Shown: positions 1 through 12,081 of the stretch, one piece after another
Layout of the letters: each line of letters opens with the position of its first letter
Position numbering within the stretch: the stretch's first letter is position 1
Origin: Gnetum montanum
Taxonomy: Eukaryota; Plantae; Gnetophyta
Assembly (NCBI GenBank): GCA_015680685.1
Contig: MNCI01002977.1
Span: 62,001-126,000 of the forward strand
Reading direction: 5' to 3'
Length of the DNA stretch: 64,000 bases
Notes under the pieces: model-generated
Seen by the model: only the letters and a program-made list of their open reading frames with translations
What the model was told of the DNA's origin: nothing
Databases searched by the model: none
Position numbers and translations under genes: made by a program

Positions 1-1262
1 CCAATTTGAATGGCCAAGGCCCCCTTTGGGCCCACTAATGACTACTCCAAATTTCAGCATCCAAAACCTAATATTTCAAGACAAAATTACACAAATCTTG
101 CTACTCACACCCAGGTCACGTTGGCAGTGTGAGCCCAGCGTGAGTCCAGCGTGAGTAACTCAAAACTGCCTCAAAAAAGCCCCAAAACAGTGTCAAAATG
201 GTCTGATTTTGAGGCTACAACTCACCCTCAAGGTCCATTAATAATTTCTCCAAGTTTCAAACTCTAGAACTTCAAATTTCAGCTCCAAAAATGCTAATTT
301 ACATTGCTCACGCCTAGGTCATGCCCAAGTCACGCTGGCAGCGTGAACCGAACATGAGTTGCCAAAATGACCTAAATCAAGGCACAAACAGACTCAAATT
401 TAGCATCCTAGCCACCCTAGAGAGCAAGCAGCAATTTCACTTCAAAGAATAGGTGTCAAAGGTAAAATTTCAGCTCAAAATGTGTCACTTCCATTTGGTC
501 ACGCCTAGGTCACGCTGGCAACATGAGCCCAGTGTGAGCTACCAAAGTGGCCTAAATCTAGGCACAAACAGGCTCAAACTTAGCATGCAGGTTGTCCCCA
601 AGGGCAGGTAGTAGGTACACTTGAAAGGCAGGTCTCAAAAATCAAAATTTGATGTGAAAGAAACCATTCCACATTTCTCACGCCTTACTCACGCCCAGCT
701 CACGCCTAGGTCACACTGAGGTCATGCTAACAGCGTGAGCCCAGCGTGAGCTGCCAAAAGTGGCCTAGAGCACTTCAGACACATGTCGAGGGCACGCTAG
801 GATAAGATCAATTCACATTGATAGACTTTATGAAGCAAAAAAATCTCAAACAGCCACAGAACCACTCATGTCAGCATCCTGTAGCAACTAGTTCATGAAT
901 CGAGAAGTCCCAAGTGGGCCAGAATCAAGATCTCTCGTTCTACATTTGTAAATTTGTAACATTTATGAGCTTGTCAAGCTCTTACGCTTCAAATTGTATG
1001 CATGAGCATAATGTAAATCAATACACATTGTAAGATACAGTGCATCTGGTCCAGAACATAGTCTACCCATGTACACCTGTCACGTGATCCATTTTTCTCT
1101 CATCTCATAGCCATTGATCTCATTCACAAATCCTACTCCTGATCCTTGCAAAATGCATAAATACCCTATTCATTGACATAAAAAAGGTTGGTAATTTTGG
1201 CAAAAAGGTTGACCTAAAGAGCATTAACTAGCAACCTTGGATGCTTGAGTGCACGCGATCCC
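1..1262 (+). repeat. 5' LTR of element B, first part
   Basis: Diverged reverse complement of element A's LTR (1-100 vs ~2835-2935; ~1125-1200 vs ~1745-1820); ends at TSD ATCCC 1258-1262. Confidence 0.88.
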
Positions 1263-3153
1263 TGTACTATCCAAAATCGTCGGCGTAAAGCTGGAGGAAA
1301 ACGAACACCTAAAGATCTCCAAAGAGACATAGAACACCCTACCTTCGCGTGAGGGCAAGCTAGAAAAATGAAGGTAGAGTGCCTTGGATGGTCTACACGT
1401 AGATCAACCAAGGACTTCACTGAGTGTATGCTATGGTTTGCGCTGGGGTTATCGTAATGAAATGTAAAATGAAGAACTTAATGCAATGAACTGTAAACGT
1501 GAATATAACATGCAAACGTAAATGCAGAAACATGCAATAAAATAGGATGACACAAAAAATGAACTAGAAACAACATAATGGAGGGCAAAAATGAAACTAT
1601 ATTGTATTAATTGACAAAATGTGTACTGGTCAAAACGTAGTTGCATGTCTGGATTGCAAGTCAGAAGTTAAGATCCGATGTGGGGTGTTTGTAGGTGCTG
1701 GGGATCATGTGCATCTGGGCTCAGGATTACTGGGTTTTTTGCTTCAAAATTTCCAACCCTGTTTATGTCAATGAACAGGGTATTTATGCATTTCGCTAGG
1801 CTCGAGAGTAGGATTTGTGACAGAGATCAATGGCTATGAGATGAGAGAAAAACAGATTGTGTGATAGGTGTACATGGGAAGACTACCTTCTAGACCATAT
1901 GCACTGTATCTTATAATTGCAAGTTGGCTTATGCCCATGGAAGCAATGTAAGAGCTTGACAAGATCACAGATGGTGAGGCTTATAATGAAAATTTACAAT
2001 GCATTCCAAGAGGGATTGACGTCAACTTGCTCAAAACTTCGTGGTCCTTTGAATCGACTACTGCGGGATGTCGATTTGAGTGGTTTGGTGGCTGTTTGAG
2101 CCATCTCTACTTCACAAGGGCTTCCAGCGTGAGTTGATTTGCTCTTGGCATGTCTTCAACATGTGTTTGGAGTGCTTTTTTCTAGGCATCAATAGTACTC
2201 ATGCTGATGAATAGTGCTCACACTGGACTCACGCTGGATTTACGCTACAGCGTGACCTAGGCATGAGCAAGCTGGAATGGTTCATTTCACACCAAATTTT
2301 GACTTTTGAGACCTATTTTTCAAGTGTAAATGCCACCTGCTCTTGGGGGAAATCTACATGCGGAGTTTGGGCCTATTTGTGCTTGGATTTGGGCCACCTT
2401 TGGCAGCTCACATAAGGCTCACGCTGCCAGCGTGACCTCAGTGTGACTAAGCTAGAATGCTATGTTTCATGCCCAAATTTTGATTTTCTGGAGCCTGTGA
2501 ATAAGTAGAACTATTGCCTATCCTAGGGGATTGAGTTGATGCTAAAAATTATGCTTGGAAATACTTGATTTAATCTATTTTTGTTTGGTCACACTGGGCT
2601 CACACTGTCAGCATGACCCCAGTGTGACCTGGGCGTAAGTGAATAAATCATGTGACTTTTAGCTTAGTTTTCAAGGTTCTGGAGGCTGTGAGCTGCAATG
2701 AACATCAGTGAAACTCAAGGGAATTATGCATGCTTGAATTCAAATAGTTTGGACTTGGTTTCAAGGCTCTGAAAGCTGGTCAAGCTGTACTCATGCTAGG
2801 CATCATGACCTTAGCATGACCTCAACGTAAGTGGAAAGATTCATGCGATTATGACTTGAAATCTTGGGTTCTGGGTGTTGAAGCTTGGAGTGATCATCAG
2901 TGGACCCTGAGGGGGCCTTGCCCATTCAAGGTAGGATCATTTTAACCTGATTTGGAAGCTGTCAGTGTTGGTCACATTGAGGGCAAGCTAGCTTGATACC
3001 ATGAGCAAGCTGGCTTGAACAAGTAGGGTGTGGGCAAGCTTGACTAGTTGAACATGAGTTTCATGCCTTAGTCAAATTTTTGCCTTCCAAAACTCAAGAG
3101 GCTCTGAATTATTCTCGTTTCAAAGTGTTGAGCTAAAATTTTTTGGCATTTCA
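1263..3153 (-). repeat. 3' LTR of element A (1891 bp)
   Basis: TGTACTATCC...GGCATTTCA; direct repeat of 16996-18913. Confidence 0.95.
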
Positions 3154-3166
3154 TCGGCCCCTCTTT
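3154..3166 (-). promoter_or_regulatory. Polypurine tract of element A
   Basis: Minus strand AAAGAGGGGCCGA abuts the 3' LTR; C has the equivalent AAAGAGGGTCCAT. Confidence 0.8.
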
Positions 3167-4329
3167 GTTGACTTCTGGAGGAATCCACCCGAGAGACGTC
3201 GACAAAGAAGTGCAAAACACCATGAACAATCAAGCACCAACATGAACCGTCAGCCCTTGGTCGGATGTTATCGCACCATGTCCAAAAGTACATGGGATTG
3301 AAGGAATGTGGTTCAAGATGCAAGGGATTGTAACTGGGAGAAGTTAGGAATTAATCAAGGGTGATAATTACTATTGGAATTGTGGGATGATCTCATGTGA
3401 GCGAGCCAGTTTTTGGGTCCTTTTCAACAGCCAATGTATAGCAGACTTGGAACCAAGGCATAGGAAGTGTGTTCTTTGGAGAAATAGGACCCTTGTGTCA
3501 TGTTTTAAGAAAGCCTGTTGTAAATAGCCAAAGCCACATAATGATGTGCAACATGATCATTTGAGACATGAGTGTTTTCCAAGACAATTGCCTTCTCATC
3601 TAGAGCTTGTATGAGAAGAGCCAATAATCTTTAGTCTATGATGTTAATGGGGTCATGAAGACCTTTTCTGTGCATTTTTCTCTTTGAAAATTTTGTTCTC
3701 TTTTTCTTTTTTCTTTATTTCTTCTTTTCTTTTTTTTTTTCTTTCTTTTTCTTTTATTTTTATTTTTCCTTTTGAAAGAGCCTACTTTTTGTGCCTCGCT
3801 CGTGTTTGAGCACTTGCATTTTATGTCATGCACCATGTACTGTGTTTTGTGTTACAACTGCTTAGAGGATCACAGTGTGCAACAATGCATCAAGGGCTTT
3901 GGAGGATTAGAATGTATCCAAGGGATGTAATTAAATAAGATAATTGGGACATGATGTGGAATACGGAATGTATCAGGGGTCGGGAATGTACTTATGAATA
4001 GATTTATTAACCTAGTTGTGTGCGTCAAGAAAAATGTGATACCCTATCGTCATGATGAAATGCATCTATGCATGAATGCCTCAAGCGTGTCATCCAGCAA
4101 ACACAACTCCAAGGGGACAAGTAAAACACACATGATTCAGTTACCTAAAGCACTTTAAACTTGAACATAGCTGATGGAATGGAGCCATCATGTGAAGTTT
4201 CAAGGTAAACAAAATCTTGAACAGCAGCAATTCCATCAAGATCTATGTGACAGATCATGCAGCAAGTTTTTTGGTGAGTACATACAGCCGATTGTAGCAA
4301 CATGTCTTTTCAAATGATGCCAGGTTGTT

Positions 4330-4650
4330 CATGATGTCACCAGTTGATAGTCTTGGTAGACTATTGTGGATTAGTGTAATGTCATAATCCTTTGGACATT
4401 GCCAATTTATCATCATAAGGGGCGATGCAGTGCTAGTTTAGAGTCATGACGGACTATGAAGAGGCAAGCTCATTTATAGTCTTAGTGGACTCTAGTGGAT
4501 AAGTGTGGTGGTTTAGTGTCATGTGGGATAGGATTGTGTGGTGTCAATTTACTGTCATGGCACTAGGACGTTCTATGGTGCTAGTTTTAAGTCATAGCTC
4601 CAAGATTATTCTGTGGTATCAATTTTAGGTCATGATGCTAGGACCAAGAC
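4330..4650 (-). repeat. Post-integrase degenerate motif array (catgac-N3-aaactRgca) of element A
   Basis: Repeated plus-strand tgctagttt(t)a..gtcatg units; homologous to 50700-51010. Confidence 0.7.
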
Positions 4651-4664
4651 ATACCTTTAACTCA

Positions 4665-7600
4665 TTAGATGTAGAATGGTTTTAGGTACACATGATTTGT
4701 AGGATTGGTGAACTCGTTTCCATCCATATCAGCGAGTTTGAATGCCCCATTATCAAATCATTTGGTGACTAAGTAAGACCCTTCCCAGTTAGCTGAGAAT
4801 TTGTCTGAGTATTCATGGACTACCTTGAGAACTAGGTCACCTTCCTTGATCGGCCGCTTATGTGGGTCATCTTGATGACATCGCCATTGTTGTTTCTGGT
4901 CCCATTCGATTTGATCAACTGCTCATGCCCTTTCTTCTTCTACCAAGTCGAGGTCAATAATGCGCAACTCATTATTCTGATCTTCATCGAGGAGGCTAGA
5001 GAGCATTATCCACAACGAGGGAACCTGTAACTCCAAAGGTAACACAACTTCAGATCCATATACAAGGCTATATGATATCTTACCTATGGATGTTCAATGC
5101 GTTGTTCGGTATGCCCATAATGCATGGATTAAATGCTCGTGCCATCGTCTCTTGCTTTGATTCAACATCTTTTTGAGCACCATGATGATCTTTTTCTTCG
5201 TAGACTCTACTTGACTATTTCTATGTGGGTAGTAGGGTGATGAAAATGAGTGTTTAACACCTAGGCATTTGCAGAAGCTTTTAGTATCTGTACTGCTGAA
5301 CTGTGGTCCATTATCAATAACTATGATCATCAAGATACCAAAGTAGGTCACAATGTTTTCTAATATGAAATTTCAAACATGTTTGGATGTGATTTTCCTA
5401 AGGGGAATAGCTTCTACCCATTTTATGAAATATTCAGTCACGGTGATGATGAAGTTATGTCCTGCTGAAGATGGTGATGTTATCGACCCAATGATGTTTA
5501 ATCCCCATTTTTGGAATGGCCATGTGATTTGTGTAGTATGAAACTCATTAGGTGGTATGTGTATTAGGTTAATGTGCCTTTGGCAAGTGTTACATTTCCT
5601 AACCCTGGAGAAGCAATCGTACTCCATGTGTGGCCAGTAATAGCCCAAGCAACTAATTTTTGTTGCCATTTCTTTGGGTGATATATGCCCTCCGCAAAGT
5701 CCTTCATGAACTTGTTCCATGATCATTTGACCATCAATGCTACTAATGCACACTAACAAAATCCCCTCATAGGATCTACGACACAAGATGTCTCTTATTA
5801 ATGCATATTGCCGAGAGCATTTTCTCACTGTGTCCTTTTGAGCACTCGTCAAGTGTTGCGGTGGTTTGCCTCATAGAAGGTACTCTTTTATTTCATCATA
5901 CCATTCTATTGCTTGTGTAGTAATAATAGATGCTATGGGTATTTTGTCGAGGGTTTCAGTTACAGGTTTGACAATATTTGCTATAGAACTAGGCAACGCA
6001 TGGAACATCTCAGGTCTCATGTTCAAGGCTAGTATAGCGAGTGCATTGGCAATGGTATTTTCATTCCTAGGAATATGTTCCACATCTACATTGATTAATT
6101 ATTTTAGCAAGTGCTTATTCAGGTCATAGTATGATTGCAAATGAGAAGCCTTGCATGCGTAAACTTCTGTGACTTGATTAATTACTAACTGTGAGTCACC
6201 TTGGACTACAAGACGTGTGATTCCCAAAGTCAGTGTTGCCATAAGACCTCTAAGAAGACCTTTGTACTCTGCCACATTGTTGGTACAAGGGAATGTTAGT
6301 CAAGAAGCAAAGGATCAAATTTCTCTAGAGGGAGATGTTATGATGGCTGCGGCACTTCCTCCTTGGGAGGTGGATGCTCCATCGAAGTACAAGATTTCAT
6401 CATAGTTATCGGGCACTATGTCTATACTATTGATATTCTCATCAAGGAATTCAAGGTTGATTATCACTTGATCTTGTGTCGGTGATGCAGTCAATTGATT
6501 GGATATTGCTTGACCTTTAGTGAAGGATTGAGCAACATAGTGTAGGTCAAACTCTGCAATCATCGCCTTCCATCTAGCTATCTTACCTGATTCATAGATT
6601 TTTTTGGTGATAGCTCGCAGCAAGTTGTCTTTGCAAATGATATTGACTTGATTGCGAAAGAGGTAATGTCTCCAATTTTTTAAGGAAAAGACTATGGCAA
6701 GGCATGATCTCTCCATGCCATTGCATCATTGTTCGTAGGCAATCAATGCATGGCTTAAATAGTAAATGGGGATCTTAGCTCCATCTTCTCATTTTTGGCA
6801 AAGCATGGATGTAATGGATGAATCAGATGTAGCAAGGTAGATGTAAAAAGGTTTATTGCTTTGCTGGGGGTGAATTGTCGGCGGTTGAGCTAGCTTCATG
6901 TTTATGTTCTCAAAGGCTTCTTTGCAGTGTTGAGTCCATTGAAAATGGACATTCTTTCGCAGTAAATGTTGCATCGGTTTCAACTTGTCTATTAGTTTTG
7001 CAATAAAACGTCTAATGAACTGTAGTCTGCCTTGTAAGCTGCATAGTTTAGTAAGGTTCTTAGGTGGTTGCATGCTAGTTATTTCTTTAACCTTATCGGG
7101 GTCTACTCATATCCCTGTTTCTAAGACTATCAAGCCAAGAATTTTACCCATTTTAACTCCAAAGACACATTTCTTTGGATTAAGTCTAAGGTCGTATTCG
7201 AGACAACATTTGAGTATCAAGTCTAGGTGCTTTGCATGTTTCTCAGTTTTTTTGGACTTGACTGTGATATCATCTACATAATCATTGAGCAAATCAAGCA
7301 TATAATTGCTAAATATATATGTCATTGCGCATTGATATGTAGCACCTACATTTTTGAGGCCGAAAGGCATCATTGTATAACAAAACGTGTCCCAAGGTGT
7401 CATGAAGGTTGTCTTGAGTTGGTGTTCTGGGTTGATCCTAATTTGGTTGTATCCTGAGAATTCGTCCATAAAGGATAACAATGCATACCCAATAGTTGAG
7501 TCAACGAATTGATCGATACTAGGTAGCGGGAAGTCATCTTTTATAGTGGCTATGTCAAGGTCATGAAATTCAATGCATATGCAAATGCTGTCATTCTTTT

Positions 7601-8116
7601 TGGGGACTACAACAATGTTGGATACCCGATCAGCATAGTCAATAGCTCGGATGAAACTAGCTTGGTAGAGCTTCATGATTTTGTTACGAACTACCAACGC
7701 TACCTCAAGTTTAACCTTTTGTGCTTTTTGCTTTACTGGTCTAAGTTTTTCATCAAGGATGATGTTATGCTAGATGATTCAAAGGTCTCGTCCTGGCATA
7801 TCGGTATATGACCAAGCAAATGTTTTAATGTTGTTCTTAAGCACTTGTGTAATGTCATTGGCAAGTTGTGGGTTTAGTAGAGTACTCAATTTTAATGTTT
7901 TAACTCCGCCACTAGACATGGTGATGGGGACTTGTCAGCTTCTAAGTCCAAAGTTTTAGTCATACCCTTGGGGTAGTCTGATGTTTCTTGAGTGGATGCC
8001 ATGAAATTAGCATGAGTAGATGAGTCTAGATCTAAGGATTCTAAATTAATCATACTTTTTATGGCCCCATGAGGTCCATTGATAGACAACGTTGAAAAGA
8101 GGTTCTTGCTGTCCAT
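4665..8116 (-). pseudogene. pol: pol remnant of A: RT - RNase H - additional (archaeal-type) RNase H - integrase
   Basis: ORF fragments: RT KDDFPLPSID, YTMMPFGLKN, YVDD; RH FYIYLATSD; aRH ILYFDGAS, HIPRNENTIANALA; INT HEGLCGGH, YYWP, CNTCQ, DNGPQF. Many stops and frameshifts. Confidence 0.95.
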
Positions 8117-8663
8117 GTGCTTGTTCCTGCCAATTTAAACTAGGAGCACCGTGAGCGAGAGATTTTCTTGACGGACGAATTACTAAATGTAAACTAGCTT
8201 CATTTAACTTATGTTTTGATGAAACTGTGAAATGTAGGGGTAGTTTAATGTCATACCGAGACCACATTGTAGTTTTAGGCCTTACCGGGCCATATGGTGT
8301 TCATATCACCTGTGAATACTAATGTTGTAATTGTTTTTTCATGATTTTTGAATTTTTAATTTTCATACTTCATTTTGTGTTTAATGTTTAGGCATTAATG
8401 CATAAAAAAGGAATAGAAGAAACTATCCTGAGAGCATGAAAATGAAGACAATGTGGGAAGAAATAAAAATAATAAAAATAAAATATCCAATAAGAAAAAA
8501 TGCAATGTAGCCACGTGGGATAAGTTAAAACATGGTGAAAGGGGATTGAAGTGTAGAGCATGAGTTAGCATTAGAGCATGAGTAACTAGGTGTACAGCGT
8601 AGCGTGAGCAACAAGGCAGGGTGTGGAGCGTGTGCAGCAAGGCAAGGGTGGAGTGTGAGCAAG

Positions 8664-8797
8664 ATGAAGGGTAAGGAAGGGTAAGAATGAGGCAAAGGGA
8701 AGAAGCAGGTAAGCTTGGCATTCATGGAGGAAAGTGAAGAACTACTCCAACACCTTCCCCAACCTAGGATTTCTTCATGGGCTGGGACTTTACGCAG
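8664..8797 (+). pseudogene. Relic putative first exon of the antisense gene in element A
   Basis: Translates to MKGKEG..GKGKKQVSLAFMEESEELLQHLPQPRISSWAGTLR followed by CAG|GTATG; homologous to B 46533-46654(-) and D 63428-63558(-). Confidence 0.6.
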
Positions 8798-9459
8798 GTA
8801 TGTTTTTTTCCGTTCTTGTTTAGCGCAGCGTGAGCAACCGCGTGAGCCATTAGGACCACCATTTTGACACGATTTTGAAGTAAGAATGATTTGATTTTTG
8901 TGTTGGGTTTCTTGTTTTGGGCTGTAAATTTGAGGTATCCAAGGCATTATAGGGTATTTTGGGGCTTGCCATTTTTTCTTTGGGCCCTGGCATGAGTCGC
9001 AAGTTGCAGGGATGCGTATGTGATGGCCAAAGCTCTTGCAAAATTTCTTGTTTCTGCATGATGATCAGCAGTTGGCGTGAGAAGGCTAGGGCATGCTTAG
9101 TGTGAACAACCCAGGGTACCTCAATGTGAGTGATGAGGATTTTGTATGAAGAGGGTGCCATTTTTATTACGTTTTTGGTTCCTAACGCATTAGATTTAGG
9201 GCCATTTCCTGTTGCTATCTTTTTGGTTCCTTCCATGAGCATTCTAGGGTGTGAATGTTAAAACTTATTTCTAAAATTTCTCAGGGCACAAGTGTTTCTA
9301 GGGTAGGATTTTTTTTCAGTGTTAAGGCAGATCATTCCATTAATTAGGTATATCTATTTTTTACCCTTGTGGCACCCTGGGCAAGTTGCGGTGTAGTTTG
9401 CAAGGTTGCACGGTGTACATTACAGATTGTAGGGTTGGGAGAATTTCCAAGAATATGCA

Positions 9460-9600
9460 TTGCAGCGTGAGCTACGAGGAGTGTGCATTGCAGTGTGAGC
9501 TGCCAGGAGTGTGCATTGTAGTGTGAGCTGCCAGTAGTGTTCGTTGGAGCATGAGCTGCCAGGAGCATAAACTTTCCATATCGTAGCGTGAGCCGCAAGG
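9460..9600. repeat. Short tandem repeat (~28 bp; gcattgcagtgtgagctgccaggagtgt) in spacer of A
   Basis: Four to five degenerate copies visible. Confidence 0.7.
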
Positions 9601-9836
9601 GAGGTGAGGAGTTATTGAGGATAGCATGAATCATAGAATGCTCACTCCTTGTTGATGCTATGTTTCTTAGAACTACAAGATTTAAATATCTTTATGTGAA
9701 TTTTGATTTCATATTGCTTGTAAAGAACTATTGTCTAGTATTTAATGGATCCCAATGTTCCCCATCAAGCATCAAATACACCAAACAAACACTGATGTTC
9801 TTGTCTCATGGGGTGGTCTTGTGTATGCATTGAATG

Positions 9837-11102
9837 TTATTTACTTGTTAACACTAATGTTCTTGTCTCATGGGGTGGTCTTTTGTATGTTACTTGTTTT
9901 CCATTTGAATTAATATTATCTATCATCAAAGGTTCGCTATAGATGTAGATTTGATTTGGTTCTCCCTTCCAAGGTAACCACATGTGAGAATAATTTGTTG
10001 ATATGTAACCTGAGAAATTCTTACTCCAACTTCTACTCAATAAGAGACTATGTGAATCTGGTATATCTGCCACTTGAATAGTTACTTTACTTCTAATGCA
10101 GGGTTCAGAAGCAATTTCCAATAGAACATTTGGTAATTGACCCACAATCTTCACTCTACTTTTATCCACTTGAACAATCTTTTTGTTTGATTTTTCAGGA
10201 ATCAAACCAAGTTTCTTACATATAGACAATGGCATTATAGTAGACGTAGCTCCAGAATCAACCAAGCAATTGTGTAAGTATTTATCCTTTAATTTAATTT
10301 TCAAAAGAAAAGGAGGAGCTTCCTTATTATATGAGGTCTTCAATTTCTCATCATTATTAGATACATAACTTAACTCTGATTCTCTAACTCTCCTTTTACC
10401 TTTAATGAACTCTAAGGCCTTTCTTTGCTGATCTCCTATTTGAAGCAACTGATAAAAGCTAATATTGGCCTTGACATGTTTAAGGTCTTCAATCAAATCA
10501 TACTCTCCATCACCAATAAAGCTTGATCTCTTTATCCATTTATTAAAAGACTGATTTGGAGTGCTTTGCTCCACTTGATTGTCTTTACCTTTATTTCTAT
10601 CTCTTCTATTTGGCTCAAAAGCTTTTCTCTTAGTAGATGGATTCATAATAACATTTGGTGGTCTAGAAGTAGTTAATCTTTCTTTAGATGAGAGATTATA
10701 TCCATTTTCCTCATTATTATTACATTCTTCATCTGAAGACATATCTTCTTCAGAACTTGATAGAGAAGAAGTATCACTTGATCCATTGCTAGAAGATTTA
10801 CTTGCATAATGAACACTAGATAAGTCATTATCAGATTCAATATCAAGAAAGTTGGACATTATAAGATCACTTTCATCCTCATCTTCTGCTAACTTAGTGT
10901 CTTGATGTTTATGCTTCCTATTTTTCCTTTCTTCCTTGATATTAACTCTTGCCAAAGCTTTTTCAAGCTTCACTATTTTGTTGGACATATATCTCATTAA
11001 TTGTCCTTTTCCAAATTCTACTCTTTCATGTTCTTGCTCTATCTTAACATGAGATGGACCTGGTAAAGATTTAAATCGAGCTAAATCTTGCATAGGGATC
11101 AT
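9837..11102 (-). CDS. Gag C-terminus plus retropepsin aspartic protease of insert E (421-aa open fragment)
   Basis: PPFLLKIKL...HNCLVDSGATSTIMP, LLLSRSW, upstream YDLIEDLKHVKANISFYQLL. Gag-like sequence continues upstream to ~11287 with stops. No RT follows. Confidence 0.8.
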   Translation of the reverse strand: MIPMQDLARFKSLPGPSHVKIEQEHERVEFGKGQLMRYMSNKIVKLEKALARVNIKEERKNRKHKHQDTKLAEDEDESDLIMSNFLDIESDNDLSSVHYASKSSSNGSSDTSSLSSSEEDMSSDEECNNNEENGYNLSSKERLTTSRPPNVIMNPSTKRKAFEPNRRDRNKGKDNQVEQSTPNQSFNKWIKRSSFIGDGEYDLIEDLKHVKANISFYQLLQIGDQQRKALEFIKGKRRVRESELSYVSNNDEKLKTSYNKEAPPFLLKIKLKDKYLHNCLVDSGATSTIMPLSICKKLGLIPEKSNKKIVQVDKSRVKIVGQLPNVLLEIASEPCIRSKVTIQVADIPDSHSLLLSRSWSKNFSGYISTNYSHMWLPWKGEPNQIYIYSEPLMIDNINSNGKQVTYKRPPHETRTLVLTSK

Positions 11103-11387
11103 AACTCTTTCTTCTCTTTTTGGTATTGCATATTTTCTTCAAGATTCAAGTTCAGCTATTTCTCTAACTATATAGCTTCACTAAAGTAGTCATTTAGTGT
11201 ACTTAAGTTTGGATTTCTCCTTAACCAAATTGAAATGTTGGGGTTGACCACCTTAAGATAAGTTTCCTTAAGCATTTCTTCTGATGGNGGTCAACCCCAA
11301 CATTTCAATTTGGTTAAGGAGAAATCCAAACTTAACTACACTAAATGACTACTTTAGTGAAGCTATACAGTTAGAAAAATAGTTGAA

Positions 11388-12081
11388 NNNNNNNNNNNNN
11401 NNNNNNNNNNNNNNNNNNNNNNNNNNNNNNNNNNNNNNNNNNNNNNNNNNNNNNNNNNNNNNNNNNNNNNNNNNNNNNNNNNNNNNNNNNNNNNNNNNNN
11501 NNNNNNNNNNNNNNNNNNNNNNNNNNNNNNNNNNNNNNNNNNNNNNNNNNNNNNNNNNNNNNNNNNNNNNNNNNNNNNNNNNNNNNNNNNNNNNNNNNNN
11601 NNNNNNNNNNNNNNNNNNNNNNNNNNNNNNNNNNNNNNNNNNNNNNNNNNNNNNNNNNNNNNNNNNNNNNNNNNNNNNNNNNNNNNNNNNNNNNNNNNNN
11701 NNNNNNNNNNNNNNNNNNNNNNNNNNNNNNNNNNNNNNNNNNNNNNNNNNNNNNNNNNNNNNNNNNNNNNNNNNNNNNNNNNNNNNNNNNNNNNNNNNNN
11801 NNNNNNNNNNNNNNNNNNNNNNNNNNNNNNNNNNNNNNNNNNNNNNNNNNNNNNNNNNNNNNNNNNNNNNNNNNNNNNNNNNNNNNNNNNNNNNNNNNNN
11901 NNNNNNNNNNNNNNNNNNNNNNNNNNNNNNNNNNNNNNNNNNNNNNNNNNNNNNNNNNNNNNNNNNNNNNNNNNNNNNNNNNNNNNNNNNNNNNNNNNNN
12001 NNNNNNNNNNNNNNNNNNNNNNNNNNNNNNNNNNNNNNNNNNNNNNNNNNNNNNNNNNNNNNNNNNNNNNNNNNNNNNNNN
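11388..12081. other. Assembly gap (694 N)
   Basis: Run of N. Confidence 1.

Noticed and set aside
1-2940. Large inverted repeat suggesting a foldback or TIR element
   Set aside because: Explained by A inserting in opposite orientation into the related LTR of B (TSD ATCCC).
3636-3836. Lys/Arg-rich ORF (also 51488-51679)
   Set aside because: Arises from an A-rich low-complexity 3' UTR tract; no other coding evidence.
11151-11387. 99-bp inverted repeat (11151-11249 vs 11289-11387) suggesting a hairpin or miRNA locus
   Set aside because: The second arm starts right after a lone N (11288) and ends at the scaffold gap; most likely a gap-filling or contig-end artefact.
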